Assembly: GCA_963823555.1 (NCBI GenBank)
Contig: CAWGMA010000001.1
Location: 416,001-480,000 of the forward strand
Direction of reading: 5' to 3'
From: Candidatus Eiseniibacteriota bacterium
GTDB lineage: Bacteria > Eisenbacteria > RBG-16-71-46 > CAVPCR01
DNA: 64,000 bases
Both the position numbers and the translations under genes were made by a program. Shown here piece after piece: positions 32,099 through 42,684 of this stretch. The notes below the pieces were generated by a model. The model had not been told where the DNA came from and did no database searches. It saw only the letters and a program-made list of their open reading frames with translations. Numbering within the stretch: position 1 is the stretch's first letter; every line of letters begins with the position of its first letter.

Positions 32099-34282
32099 CT
32101 AGGCTCCACGCACGATCTGCCACGCACGGTGGATCTTCCGGTTGCGAAAGTCGTCGGGAACGGTCTGGGCGCTGATCTCGCGGATCGTCGCCGCAGCGAT
32201 CGCATCGGCGTCGAGCTTGAAGCGGCGGAAGTTCGTCGAGAAGAAGATGAGGCCGCCGGGGGACATGAGCGCGAGCACGCGGTTCAAGAGCCCCACGTGA
32301 TCGCGCTGGATGTCCCAGATCGTCTCCATGCTCTTGCTGTTGGAGAAGGTCGGCGGATCCACCACGGCCAGGTCGTAGCTGGCGCGGTGGGGATGCTGAG
32401 CGAGAAACCCGATCGCATCCTCCCGGATCATGGCGTGCTCCTTGCCGGTGAACCCGTTGAGCGCCATGTTGCGCCGCGCCCACTCGAGGTACGTGTTCGA
32501 GAGATCGACCGTGGTCGTGGTCAACGCCCCGCCGGCGGCGGCGTACACGGTGAAGGTGCCGGTGTATCCGAAGAGGTTCAGGAATCGCTTGCCACGGGCC
32601 GCCTCGCGCACCATGGAGCGCGTGATGCGATGGTCGAGGAAGAGCCCGGTATCGATGTAATCCGAGAGGTTGACAAGGAACTTGAGTCCACCCTCGGTGA
32701 CCTCGATGGTGTGCCCCAGATCCGCCTGTCGCTCGTGCTGCCGGGAGCCGCGTTGTGGGGCGCGGTACTTGACGAAGACATGGGTTCGGGGGATCGCCAG
32801 CGTCTCGCTCGCCGTGTGCGCCATCAGGTCGAGCCAGTCGGCGTGCTCGCCCGGCGTGTGAGTGTGGGGGCGCTCGTACTCGGAGATGTGGAGCCGATCG
32901 GCGTAGCGGTCGACGACGAGCGGCACCTCCGGGATGTCGCGCTCGTAGAGCCGGTAGCAGGTGATATCGAGCTGCGCCGGCCAGCGGCGGAGGTGCCGCG
33001 CGCGCTTGGCGAGTCGATCCCCGAAGGCGCGGGCCTGCTCCCGCATCTTCGGTGTGATCCCGCCGAAGGCCGGTGCCGCGACCGCAATCTCGGCTGTCGG
33101 CTCCTGGCGGCGGGCCTCACGCGCGGTCCTCTCGGGTGTTTCGGGGCGGGGCCGGTCGGGCTTGGGTCCCTGGAACTGGTAGTACGTGCACTCGATGGGT
33201 CCGTTGTAGAGCTTCCGCCGGCGATCCGCCGGCTGGCCGATCAGCTGCTCGAAGCCGCGATAGGAGGTCAGGATGTAGTGGGACCAGGTGCGGAGATTGC
33301 GGAGCACGGCCGGCATCGAGGCATAGAGCTCTCGCACCTCAGGCCGATCGCTCAGGCGTTCGCCATAGGGTGGGTTACAGATCACGCAGCCGTAGAGCTT
33401 CCGGCTCGAGAGCTCGGCGAACGGCTGCTGCTGGAAGTGAATGTCGTTCGCCACGCCGGCGTTCGCGGCATTGTGACGCGCCAGGTCGAGCACCGCAGCG
33501 TCGATATCGGAACCCATGATGAAGCCGGAGATCCCCTCGGTGATGAGATCGCGAGCTTCGGATCGCGCCTCACGCCAGGCCTGGGCCGGGATGCGCGGCC
33601 ATGCTTCGGCTGCGAACTCGCGTTTGAGACCGGGTGCGATGCGGCGCCCGATGAGCGCCGCCTCGATGGGGATGGTGCCGGTGCCGCAAAAAGGGTCGAT
33701 GAGCGGCCGGTCGGGCCGCCAGTAACTCAAGAGCACGAGGGCCGCGGCCAGCGTCTCCTTGAGTGGCGCTTCACCGCCCCGCAGGCGATAGCCGCGCTTG
33801 TGGAGCCCGGAACCCGAGGCGTCGATGGTCAGGGTCACCGTGTCCGCGAGGATCGCCACCTCGACGGCGACGGGCGGACCGGTCTCGGGTAGTCGAGCCA
33901 CCCTGTGCGCCGCGAGCAAACGATCGACGATCGCCTTCTTCACGATCTTCTGGCAGGCAGGAACGCTCGATAGCTGCGACTTGACCGACCGTCCACCGAC
34001 CGGGAACGCGGCATCGGGTGGAATCCACTCCTCCCAGGCGAGGCTGTGCGTGCCGTCGAAGAGGGCGCCGAAGTCGGTAGCCTCGAAGGTGCCGATACGG
34101 ACCAGGACACGATCGGAACAGCGAAGCCAGAGATTGGCGCGAGCGATCGCCGACTCGTCGCCGCGGAACAGCGTGCGGCCATTCTGGATGGTCTCGGCCT
34201 CGTATCCGAGAGCGACGAGTTCGCGCTTGACGGGGGCTTCGAGCCCGAAGGTGGAGGTGGCGATCAGATCGAGCTGGGTCAA
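32099..34282 (-). CDS. rlmKL: Bifunctional 23S rRNA m2G2445/m7G2069 methyltransferase
   Basis: THUMP, LHKRGYR..APLKETLAA, NPPYGER, DTGLFLDHR and DPPTFSNSK motifs. Confidence 0.95.
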   Translation of the reverse strand: MTQLDLIATSTFGLEAPVKRELVALGYEAETIQNGRTLFRGDESAIARANLWLRCSDRVLVRIGTFEATDFGALFDGTHSLAWEEWIPPDAAFPVGGRSVKSQLSSVPACQKIVKKAIVDRLLAAHRVARLPETGPPVAVEVAILADTVTLTIDASGSGLHKRGYRLRGGEAPLKETLAAALVLLSYWRPDRPLIDPFCGTGTIPIEAALIGRRIAPGLKREFAAEAWPRIPAQAWREARSEARDLITEGISGFIMGSDIDAAVLDLARHNAANAGVANDIHFQQQPFAELSSRKLYGCVICNPPYGERLSDRPEVRELYASMPAVLRNLRTWSHYILTSYRGFEQLIGQPADRRRKLYNGPIECTYYQFQGPKPDRPRPETPERTAREARRQEPTAEIAVAAPAFGGITPKMREQARAFGDRLAKRARHLRRWPAQLDITCYRLYERDIPEVPLVVDRYADRLHISEYERPHTHTPGEHADWLDLMAHTASETLAIPRTHVFVKYRAPQRGSRQHERQADLGHTIEVTEGGLKFLVNLSDYIDTGLFLDHRITRSMVREAARGKRFLNLFGYTGTFTVYAAAGGALTTTTVDLSNTYLEWARRNMALNGFTGKEHAMIREDAIGFLAQHPHRASYDLAVVDPPTFSNSKSMETIWDIQRDHVGLLNRVLALMSPGGLIFFSTNFRRFKLDADAIAAATIREISAQTVPDDFRNRKIHRAWQIVRGA

Positions 34283-34478
34283 GACTCGCGGGATTCCTTT
34301 CTCGGCGTTTCCTTCTCCGCGCCGCGCTGGAAGACGGGCGGGGAGCGGCGGCGAACGACCGCCGGGATTATACGCCCGGCGCGCTTAGGAAATTCTTAGG
34401 ATCCTGGAAGCGATCACTTAGCAACCATGTTCGCTCGCTCCTGCGTATGCTCGGGACAACCTTGAAAGGAGGTGTCCC

Positions 34479-35066
34479 GTGGAACGCATGGATCTCTACA
34501 CGACAGTGCACAAGGGCCTCAGGGCGGCCATGTTCGAAGCCGCGCTCGAGGTCGCCCGGACCGACTTCCGCGACCCGGCGGCGACCGAGCAGACGGTGGC
34601 GGTTCTCCGCCGGCTTTCCGGCTTTCTCGACGAGCATGCCGAGCACGAGGATCGCGTGATCATGCCGGAGATCGCGCGGCTCGATCCCGGGCTGCACGTC
34701 GAGCTCGAGGCCGAACACACCCGGGTGGCTGGCCTCGGGCGGGAGCTCGTTCTGCATCTCGACCGTTTCGCATGTGCAAATGCGGAAGAGCGCGCCGCGC
34801 TCGGCAAGCGACTGCACCTGCGCATGGGTCGTCTGGTGGCCGAGCATCTCAGGCACATGGAGCGTGAAGAATCCATCGCCAACCGGGTATTATGGGCGCA
34901 TCACACCGACGCGGAGATCATCGAGCTTCACGAGAGGATCCTGGCCGCGATTCCACCGGTGCGGATGGTCGAGTGGATGGAGATCATCCTGCCGGCGATC
35001 GATCCCGGCGAGCGCGCCACCCTCGAAGCCGGCATGGAACTCGGGGAATCAAGGAAGGCATCATGA
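34479..35066 (+). CDS. Hemerythrin/HHE cation-binding domain protein
   Basis: VHKGLR, HAEHED, EAEH and HLRHMEREE motifs. Confidence 0.85.
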   Translation: MERMDLYTTVHKGLRAAMFEAALEVARTDFRDPAATEQTVAVLRRLSGFLDEHAEHEDRVIMPEIARLDPGLHVELEAEHTRVAGLGRELVLHLDRFACANAEERAALGKRLHLRMGRLVAEHLRHMEREESIANRVLWAHHTDAEIIELHERILAAIPPVRMVEWMEIILPAIDPGERATLEAGMELGESRKAS

Positions 35067-36226
35067 CATCGGAGGGTGTCGACACCCCGGCGCCGGGCGC
35101 CGTTGGCGGGCGGGGGCCGCGCAGCCGCATCGCGCTGCTGGCCGTCGTCGCCCTCGTGGTCGGGGTTGCGCTCGGCGCGACCTGGGTGCGGGGCCGGGCC
35201 GCCCCGGCTGGATCACGGATCCCCGAACGGCTCGCCGATACGGGTCTCTACGCCGACTTCGCCGCCGGGACCATCAGTCCCCGGAATCGATTCTACGAGC
35301 CCCAGTATCCGCTCTGGACCGATGGCGCCGCCAAGAGGCGATGGGTCCACCTGCCGCCCGGGAAGAGGATCGATGCTTCAGACCCCGACCACTGGCGCTT
35401 CCCGGTCGGCACCAAGTTCTGGAAGGAGTTCTCCTTCGGCCGCCCGGTCGAGACTCGCTACATGGAACTCACCGAGAGCGGCGAGTGGATCTTCGCCTCC
35501 TATGTCTGGAACGAGGGTGAATCCGACGCGGTTCTGGCTCCTGAAAAGGGCGTGAAGGGCGTCTGCGAGATCCGTCCCGGCGTGCGGCATGACATCCCCG
35601 GCCGCTACGATTGTCTCGCCTGTCACGAAGGGCAGCCCGGACGCGTGCTCGGCTTCAGCGCGCTCCAGCTCTCGGCGGATCGCGACCCGCTCGCACCGCA
35701 TGCCACGGCACCCGCACCTGGCGCCATCGATCTCGATGAACTCGAAGCACGCGGGTGGGTCGAGTCCTTCCCCTTGCGTGACGCCCAGCCTCCGCGAATC
35801 GACGTCCCCACCCCGCGTGCCCGCGCCGCGCTCGGCTACCTGCACGCCAACTGCGGCCATTGCCACAATCCGACGCGCCCCATAGCGGGTCTGGACCTGA
35901 CGCTCGAAGCCTGCCTCACCGGCGGCCGTGGAGCGAGCGGGCGTGAGATGCTGGCCACGAGCCTGGGCCGGCAGAGCCACTTCCACCTGCCGGCCGCGGG
36001 AGAGGGTGCGAATGACATCCGGATCGTTCCCGGCGATCCGGCTCACAGTGTCCTGCTCGAACGCATGGCTTCACGCGTTGCCGCCGTCCAGATGCCCCCG
36101 CTCGGGACGCACCTGGTGGACGACGAAGCCGTAGCGCTCCTGACTGCCTGGATCCGCGACGACCTGCCCGCGCAGGGAGTCGAAACCACGTCTCACAACC
36201 CAACCCAATCAGAGGAAAAGCCATGA
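35063..36226 (+). CDS. Membrane-anchored diheme c-type cytochrome (SO2930-like)
   Basis: TM helix, LWTDGA.K.RW, FPVGT, CLACH, CGHCH and QMPPLG. Confidence 0.8.
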   Translation: MTSEGVDTPAPGAVGGRGPRSRIALLAVVALVVGVALGATWVRGRAAPAGSRIPERLADTGLYADFAAGTISPRNRFYEPQYPLWTDGAAKRRWVHLPPGKRIDASDPDHWRFPVGTKFWKEFSFGRPVETRYMELTESGEWIFASYVWNEGESDAVLAPEKGVKGVCEIRPGVRHDIPGRYDCLACHEGQPGRVLGFSALQLSADRDPLAPHATAPAPGAIDLDELEARGWVESFPLRDAQPPRIDVPTPRARAALGYLHANCGHCHNPTRPIAGLDLTLEACLTGGRGASGREMLATSLGRQSHFHLPAAGEGANDIRIVPGDPAHSVLLERMASRVAAVQMPPLGTHLVDDEAVALLTAWIRDDLPAQGVETTSHNPTQSEEKP

Positions 36227-36834
36227 CGGCCATCGTCCCCCATGCCACTGAACGGTCCCGGTCCCTTGTGTTCCTGTTGCTCCCGATCTTCGTCGCCCTG
36301 GGCGTGGTCATCGGTGTCATCGACTGGCCCGCGCCCACCGGGAAGGCGCTTGCTGCCGGGTCCAATCCCGATGTCGAGCGGGGCCAGTATCTCGTCAACG
36401 CGATGGGCTGCAATGACTGCCACACGCCCTGGAAGATGGGGCCTGAGGGCCCCGCGCCGGACATGACGCGCATGCTCTCGGGTCATCCCGAGGCCGACAA
36501 GATCTCCGGGGTCACGTCGCTGCCCGCACCGTGGGGTGTGGCGACATCCCCGACCTTCACGGCCTGGCAGGGTCCCTGGGGGGTGAGCTTCGCGGCGAAC
36601 TTGACGCCCGACAAGGACACCGGGCTCGGCAACTGGACCGAGGCCGATTTCAAGGCCGCAATCCAGTCCGGACGCCACCTGGGACGCGGGCGGCCGATCC
36701 TGCCGCCGATGCCCGTCCAGAACCTGGCCGGGCTCACCGACGCGGATCTCCATGCCGTCTTCGCCTACCTGCAGAGCATCCCCGCGCTGAAGAACCGGGT
36801 TCCCGAGCCGCTTCCGCCGGCCACCGGGAACTGA
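36223..36834 (+). CDS. c-type cytochrome (cytochrome c-553-like)
   Basis: ERGQYLV..MGCNDCHTP, NLTPD..TGLG.WT and PPMP. Confidence 0.85.
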   Translation: MTAIVPHATERSRSLVFLLLPIFVALGVVIGVIDWPAPTGKALAAGSNPDVERGQYLVNAMGCNDCHTPWKMGPEGPAPDMTRMLSGHPEADKISGVTSLPAPWGVATSPTFTAWQGPWGVSFAANLTPDKDTGLGNWTEADFKAAIQSGRHLGRGRPILPPMPVQNLAGLTDADLHAVFAYLQSIPALKNRVPEPLPPATGN

Positions 36835-36934
36835 TCCGGAACGAGCGCCCGTCGGCTCCTGGCGGCTCCGCCCTCGGCTCTCCTTGCGGGTCCGGGGGCG
36901 GAGCCGTACCATCGACCGTACGGAGTGCGCTCGA

Positions 36935-37414
36935 ATGATCCCCGCCGAACTCTGCGAATTCCTCCAGTCCGGACTCTCGATCCTGTGCGGAACGCGCAGC
37001 GATCGGCTGTTGCCCGAAGCCTGCCGCGCCGTGGGCGCGCGCGTCGACGCAGGCGGTTCCGAGCTCACCGTGTTCCTGCCGGTGGCGACCGCCGAGTGCA
37101 CGGTGGCCAACTTGCGGGACAACGGACGGCTCGCCGTTTGCTTCTCGCGGGCGATCGATCACCGATCGGTGCAAGTGAAGGGCCGGGTCCTCACGATCGC
37201 GGACGCGAGCGAGGAGGACCGCCGGGAGGTCCTGCGCTACCGGCGCGCGCTCGCCGGAGCCTGGGCCGAGATCGGTATCCCGCCTCGGATCACCCTGCGC
37301 ATGGCGCACTGGCCCTGCCACGCGGTCCGGCTGCGTGCGGAAGCGGTCTTCAATCAGACCCCGGGGCCGGGAGCGGGCAGTGTGCTCGGCCGAGGCCTCC
37401 CGGCGTCATCATGA
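36935..37414 (+). CDS. Pyridoxamine 5'-phosphate oxidase-like FMN-binding protein
   Basis: TVANLRDNG, SVQVKGR and FNQTPGPGAG motifs. Confidence 0.75.
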   Translation: MIPAELCEFLQSGLSILCGTRSDRLLPEACRAVGARVDAGGSELTVFLPVATAECTVANLRDNGRLAVCFSRAIDHRSVQVKGRVLTIADASEEDRREVLRYRRALAGAWAEIGIPPRITLRMAHWPCHAVRLRAEAVFNQTPGPGAGSVLGRGLPASS

Positions 37415-38826
37415 ACTGTCGACTCGCTGATCTCGCTCCCTGCTTCCAGGGGATCATCCCTTCGATCATCGCCACTTCGGGTCGCGACGGGGAGCCGAAC
37501 GTCACCTATCTCTCGCAGGTCTATCATGTCGATGATCGGCATGTCGCACTGTCTTGCCAGTTCTTCAACAAGACCAAGCGCAACATCGCGGAGAATCCCT
37601 TCGCGGCGGTGATCCTCCATCACCCGGTGAGTTTCGAGGCGTGGCGTCTCAAGCTGCGCTTCATGCGCTCCGAGCTCGAGGGACCGCTCTTCGAGAAGAT
37701 GGCCCTCAGGATCCAGGTGATCGCTTCGCACACCGGGATGGCCGGGGTGTTCCGGCTCCTCTCGGCCGATATCTACGAGGTGCTCTCGGTCGAGCCGGTG
37801 CCGGGGTTCCTGTTGCCTCCGGATCCCGTGCTCGACGCTGCATCCGGGGAGATGCCGTCCGGGCCGCTCACCGAGCTGCGCGGAGTGCAGATGATCTCCG
37901 AGCGCATCACGCGGGCCGACGATCTCGATAGCCTCCTCACCGGGACGATGGAAGCGCTCGACGAACTCCTTGGGTTCTCTCACGCGATGGTGTTCCTCCT
38001 CGAGCCGAGCGGCGATCGGCTGGTGGCGATCACCAACCGGGGCTACGGGACGAGGGGAATCGGCGGTGAAGTGCCGCTCGGCGAGGGACTGATCGGCACG
38101 GTCGCGGAGCACCGCCGCATGGTCCGGGTCGCGGGGGTGGGAAGCGAGATCCGGTACGGCCAGGCCATACGTGGTCGCGTTGTGGAGTGTGGGGAATCCG
38201 GCCGCCTGAGCGCCGAGATTCCTCTCCCCGGCCTGCCCGACGCGCAGGCGCAGCTGGGCCTGCCGCTTCTTGCTGGCGACCGCCTGCTCGGCGTTCTGGC
38301 GGTGGAGAGCCGGGATCCCCTCTGCTTCGACGACTGGGATGAAGCCTTCCTGCAGATCCTCGCCAACCAGATCGCCATGGGTATCGATCACATGCAGGCC
38401 ACCGGCGAGGAGTCCGAAGGTGGGCCGCACGAAGCAGGCGCGGCGGCCGCCGCGGAGCGGAAGACGAAGCGGTCGCGCACGCCGCCGGCGCCACGGCGGA
38501 CGCGGAACTTCCTCTACTACATCAACGACGATTGTATCTTCGTTGACGGCGAGTACCTGATCCGCAACGTCCCCGCGAAGATTCTCTGGAAGATCCTCGG
38601 GCTCAACCAGCGCGAGGGGCGCACCGAGTTCACCAACCGCGAGTTGCGCCTCGACCCAGCGCTCGGGCTGCCTCCGATCAAGGACAACCTCGAGAGCCGT
38701 TTGATCCTCCTGCGCAAGCGGCTCGCGGAGAAATGTCCTGACGTGCGCCTGGTGTCGCGGCGCCGGGGGTGCTTCGCGCTGGAGCTCGATACCGGGTTCG
38801 AGCTGGCGGAGAGAAAGACAGGTTAG
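37411..38826 (+). CDS. PNPOx-like + GAF + C-terminal DNA-binding domain sensor/regulator
   Basis: N-terminal GIIPS.IAT..DGEPN...QFFNKT, GAF ([18 protein letters not shown]) and C-terminal FTNRELRLD...[13 protein letters not shown]. Confidence 0.8.
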   Translation: MNCRLADLAPCFQGIIPSIIATSGRDGEPNVTYLSQVYHVDDRHVALSCQFFNKTKRNIAENPFAAVILHHPVSFEAWRLKLRFMRSELEGPLFEKMALRIQVIASHTGMAGVFRLLSADIYEVLSVEPVPGFLLPPDPVLDAASGEMPSGPLTELRGVQMISERITRADDLDSLLTGTMEALDELLGFSHAMVFLLEPSGDRLVAITNRGYGTRGIGGEVPLGEGLIGTVAEHRRMVRVAGVGSEIRYGQAIRGRVVECGESGRLSAEIPLPGLPDAQAQLGLPLLAGDRLLGVLAVESRDPLCFDDWDEAFLQILANQIAMGIDHMQATGEESEGGPHEAGAAAAAERKTKRSRTPPAPRRTRNFLYYINDDCIFVDGEYLIRNVPAKILWKILGLNQREGRTEFTNRELRLDPALGLPPIKDNLESRLILLRKRLAEKCPDVRLVSRRRGCFALELDTGFELAERKTG

Positions 38827-38828
38827 CC

Positions 38829-40429
38829 ATGGGCAAGCATCCATCAGGAAGGAAGGGGAGGGGGCGGGCGGATCGTCCAGATCATCGCTCCCGGCGGACG
38901 GACTCCGTGGCCGACAGGAAGGGGAAGGAGCCCGACTCCGGATCGGTGGCCGGAGGCGGACCGCCCGCGGGCCGCCGCGCTGCGGCGAAGCACGATCTCG
39001 AACGAATCGACGATTTCCGCTGGCGCATTCCTCGGCAGGGGGCGATGCGCGTCGAAGGGCTCGTCTTCGCTACCGAGAAGCTCGTGCGGTCGATGGCCGG
39101 CGACGAGGCGGTCTCGCAGGTGGCGAATGTGGCCACCCTCCCCGGCATCGTCGGGCGCTCGATCGGCATGCCCGACATCCACTGGGGCTACGGTTTCGCC
39201 ATCGGGGGTGTCGCCGCCTTCGATCCGGCGGCAGGGCGGTGTCGTCTCTCCCGGTGGGGTGGGCTTCGACATCAACTGCGGGGTCCGCCTCCTGCGCTCG
39301 AACGTACACCGGCGCGATGTGGAGCGCGTGATCGCTCCGCTCATGGACGAGATCCAGCGCTCGATCCCGGCCGGGGTCGGGCACGGTTATCGCGACAAGC
39401 TCGGTCCGCGCGAGGTGACCCAGGTGCTCACGCGCGGGGCCGAGTGGGCGGTCGAGCAGGGTCAGGGGCTCGCCGAGGATCTCGAACGCATCGAGGCCGG
39501 CGGCCGCCTCCCGGGCGCCGATCCGGGCGAGGTCTCCGAGCGGGCCATCGAGCGCGGGCGGGCTCAGCTCGGTACCGTCGGCTCGGGCAATCACTTCATC
39601 GAGGTCGGCTACGTGGCCGAGGTCTTCGACGACGATCTGGCCCGGACGTTCGGTCTCGAGCTCGATCAGATGACCATCTTCATTCACTCCGGGTCGCGCG
39701 GGCTCGGCTATCAGGTGTGCGACGATTTTCTCAAGATCATGTTGAGTGCCGCCCGCAAGTACGGGATCGAACTCCCGGATCGCCAGCTCGCGTGCGCGCC
39801 CCTCGGTTCCGCGGAGGCCCGGAGCTACATGGGGGCGATGAACGCCGCCGCCAACTACGCCTTTGCCAACCGCCAGATCATGGCCCATCGGGTGCGCGAA
39901 ACCGTGAGCCGGGTTCTGGGCCAGGGGCAGGCAGCGCTCGGGCTCCGTCTGGTCTACGACGTCGCGCACAACATCGCCAAGATCGAGGAGCACGAGGTGG
40001 AAGGCCGGGTGCGGAAGCTCTGCGTCCACAGGAAGGGAGCCACCCGCGCCTTTCCGCCGGGACACGCGGAGCTTCCTCCGGTGTATCGCTCTACGGGCCA
40101 GCCGGTGCTGATCCCGGGGGACATGGGGCGGTATTCCTACGTCCTGGCCGGGACCGAAGGGCGCATTTCGCGAGTCGTTCGGGTCCACCTGCCATGGCGC
40201 CGGCCGGCGGATGTCGCGAAACGCCGCTCGTCACGAGGCCCGCGGCCGCGAGCTCAAACGGGAGTTCCGCGAGCGGGGCATCGAGGTGCGAGGCGCGAGC
40301 TTCGCCACCATCGCGGAGGAGATCCCTGAAGCGTACAAGGATGTGGCGGATGTGGTGGACGCGGTCCACGGAGCGGGCATCGGGCGCAAGATCGCCCAGC
40401 TCCGGCCACTAGGAGTGCTGAAGGGCTAG
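38829..40429 (+). CDS. rtcB: RNA 2',3'-cyclic phosphate ligase RtcB, two apparent frameshifts (~39230, ~40170)
   Basis: [15 protein letters not shown] / [38 protein letters not shown] / [10 protein letters not shown]...PLGVLKG found in three successive frames. Confidence 0.9.
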
Positions 40430-40477
40430 CTTTGCGGCTGGCCGCGGTGGTCTCGGCCCCGGATCCGGCGAGATTCC

Positions 40478-40507
40478 TTGACCGGTGCCAGCGCGGCCGT
40501 GTAGCGT
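40478..40507 (+). promoter_or_regulatory. Sigma70-type promoter candidate for tol-pal operon
   Basis: TTGACC, 18-nt spacer, TAGCGT. An AT-rich tract at 40541-40580 includes the IHF-like GATCAGAGACTTA. Confidence 0.4.
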
Positions 40508-40684
40508 GCCAAGCAGATCCTTCGTGCCCCGAGTCCGGTCTTCTATTCTTGTAAATTGCATAAGATCAGAGACTTAGAAGGATCACAGCGGGCAGCCCCG
40601 GCCCGTTCTGGACCAGCAGTCACGATGCTCCAAGGTTCCCTCCGGCCCTGAACAGCCGGGATACCGCGCGAGAGGTTTCTCTCT

Positions 40685-41395
40685 ATGGACTGGACCGCAC
40701 AGGTCGCTTCGCTTGTGCTCGCGGCAGGCCCACTGGCCAAAGGCGTCCTTCTTATCCTGCTCTTCATCTCGATCGTCTCGTGGACGGTCATCTTCGACCG
40801 CTGGCGCTACTTCCGCATGGCCGCCGAGCACATGAAGCGCTTTCGCGGATTGTTCGCGACGACCGGTCTCGTCAACCTGACCGCGGTGGCCCAGAAGCTC
40901 GGGAGCGGTCCGCTCTCCCGCATCGCGGAGGCAGCGATGGACGAGTACGAGCTCTCGTTCCAGCGCAGCGCCAATCCAGGGCCGGCCATGGCGCCTGTGA
41001 CCCAGCCCGGCGAGGAGACGCGCCGCCGCGGGCTTCTCGAGAACGTCGAGCGCGCGCTCGTCACCGCCATCGAGGAGGAAGTCGCCCGGGCGGAGAGGCG
41101 GCTCCCGTTCCTGGCCACGACCGCCGCCGTGGGGCCGCTGCTCGGGCTCTTCGGTACCGTCTGGGGCATCATGAGCTCCTTCATGGCGATCGGCCTGCGT
41201 GGCTCGGCCAACATCCAGGCGGTGGCTCCGGGTATCGCCGAGGCGCTCATCGTCACGGCATGCGGTCTCGCCGCGGCCATCCCGGCCGCGATCGCCTTCA
41301 ACCACTACCTGGGGCGAGTCCGCATCCTCGAGGAGGAGCTCGGAGCCTTCTCGCGTGAGCTCCTGAGCGCCTTCGCGCGCGAGGCGTTGCGCTGA
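40685..41395 (+). CDS. tolQ: TolQ (MotA/TolQ/ExbB family)
   Basis: PLLGLFGTVWGIM and VAPGIAEAL motifs; tol operon context. Confidence 0.92.
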   Translation: MDWTAQVASLVLAAGPLAKGVLLILLFISIVSWTVIFDRWRYFRMAAEHMKRFRGLFATTGLVNLTAVAQKLGSGPLSRIAEAAMDEYELSFQRSANPGPAMAPVTQPGEETRRRGLLENVERALVTAIEEEVARAERRLPFLATTAAVGPLLGLFGTVWGIMSSFMAIGLRGSANIQAVAPGIAEALIVTACGLAAAIPAAIAFNHYLGRVRILEEELGAFSRELLSAFAREALR

Positions 41396-41462
41396 GCATC
41401 GGGCTCGAGCCCCGCGCTCGAGTCCGGCGCCGGCTCGAGCCCGGCGCAAGGAGGGGGAACCC

Positions 41463-41891
41463 GTGATCCGGATGACTCGCGAGCGCCCGAAGGCGATGGC
41501 CGAGATCAACATCATCAACTTGGTCGACGTCATCCTCGTGCTGCTCATCATCTTCATGCTCACAGCACCGTTCATTCAGGGTGGCATCGAGATCGATCTA
41601 CCCAGAACGCGCACGACGGGACGCGATACGCGCGAAGGCATGGTCGTGACCGTTACATCCCAGGGCACGATCTTCATCGAGGACGTCAAGCTCGACATGG
41701 AAGCTCTCGGTCCCGAGCTGGCCCGCCGCTATGAGGTCGAGCCGGGTGCGCCGGTCTACCTGCGTGCCGACAAGAGCGTCGACTACGGATTCGTGGTGGC
41801 GGTGATCAGCGCGATCAAGGCGGCGGGGTTCGTCAACCTCGGGCTCGTGACCGAGCCCGTATCGGAGGCCTGGCTCCGCAAGCGGAGCTAG
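41463..41891 (+). CDS. tolR: TolR (ExbD family)
   Basis: EINIINLVDVILVLLIIFM and LRADK.V.YG motifs. Confidence 0.9.
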   Translation: MIRMTRERPKAMAEINIINLVDVILVLLIIFMLTAPFIQGGIEIDLPRTRTTGRDTREGMVVTVTSQGTIFIEDVKLDMEALGPELARRYEVEPGAPVYLRADKSVDYGFVVAVISAIKAAGFVNLGLVTEPVSEAWLRKRS

Positions 41892-41901
41892 CAAACGAGC
41901 G

Positions 41902-42684
41902 ATGCGGCTGCCAGCGGTGATATCCCTCAGCATGCATGCCGCCTTCATCGTCGTCTTTCTCGTCGGTGGGCGTTATGAACGCACCATGACCCTCGGTGGC
42001 TTCGGGCCGGGCGATTTCACGCCGGTCACCATGGTCGGCCCCGAAGCCTTGCGGGGCCGGAGCCGGACGACAAGGGTGCCCGAGCCCAAGGCACCGCCCG
42101 CGCCGCGTCCCGAGCTCAAGCCTGTCGAATCGAAGCCCGAGCCGAAGCCGGAGTCGAAGCCGCCGACACCCCCGAAGCCGAAGGTCGTGGATGATGGCGT
42201 CAAGATCTCGGATCAGACCAAGGAAGCGGTGAAGACCAAACCCGACACCACCAAGGCCGCCGCAGCGGCACCCGCCCGGCCGATGGAGACCCCGGCCGAT
42301 GCCGCCCTGGCGGGAGTGGCCGAGGTTCCGGCCTCGGGCGGCGGCACGGTCGCCGCTGGGATCGAGGTTGGACTCGGTGATGGCGGCGGCGGCGGTGGCG
42401 GTGGCTTCGGCGATTTCGGTTACTACCGGCTCGCGATGCAGAACAAGATCGCCGCCAACTGGTCGCCCGGTTTCGTTTCCGGAGAGGCGGCCTGCATCAT
42501 CTACTTCCGGATCATCCGCTCTGGCGCCGTGGTCGGGGCGCGGGTCGAGGAATCCTCGGGGATTCCCTTCTATGACCAGACTGCGCTGCGCGCCGTGGTC
42601 GAATCGAGTCCATTCCCTCCGCTCCCAGCCCAGCTCCCGGACGATATGGTGGGAGTGCACTTCCGGTTCAGGTATCAGCCTTGA
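41902..42684 (+). CDS. tolA: TolA/TonB-like energy transducer
   Basis: N-terminal TM with S..H, Pro-rich linker and C-terminal ESSG...D..ALRAV...PFPPLP. Confidence 0.8.
   Translation: MRLPAVISLSMHAAFIVVFLVGGRYERTMTLGGFGPGDFTPVTMVGPEALRGRSRTTRVPEPKAPPAPRPELKPVESKPEPKPESKPPTPPKPKVVDDGVKISDQTKEAVKTKPDTTKAAAAAPARPMETPADAALAGVAEVPASGGGTVAAGIEVGLGDGGGGGGGGFGDFGYYRLAMQNKIAANWSPGFVSGEAACIIYFRIIRSGAVVGARVEESSGIPFYDQTALRAVVESSPFPPLPAQLPDDMVGVHFRFRYQP

Noticed and set aside
38829..40429. Programmed frameshifting or an intein/intron in rtcB
   Set aside because: There is no slippery heptamer or extra sequence, the total length matches a normal RtcB, and indel errors are common in this window.
41401..41444. 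Three GCTCGAG palindromes between tolQ and tolR
   Set aside because: CTCGAG is very common throughout this window, so there is no evidence of a specific element.
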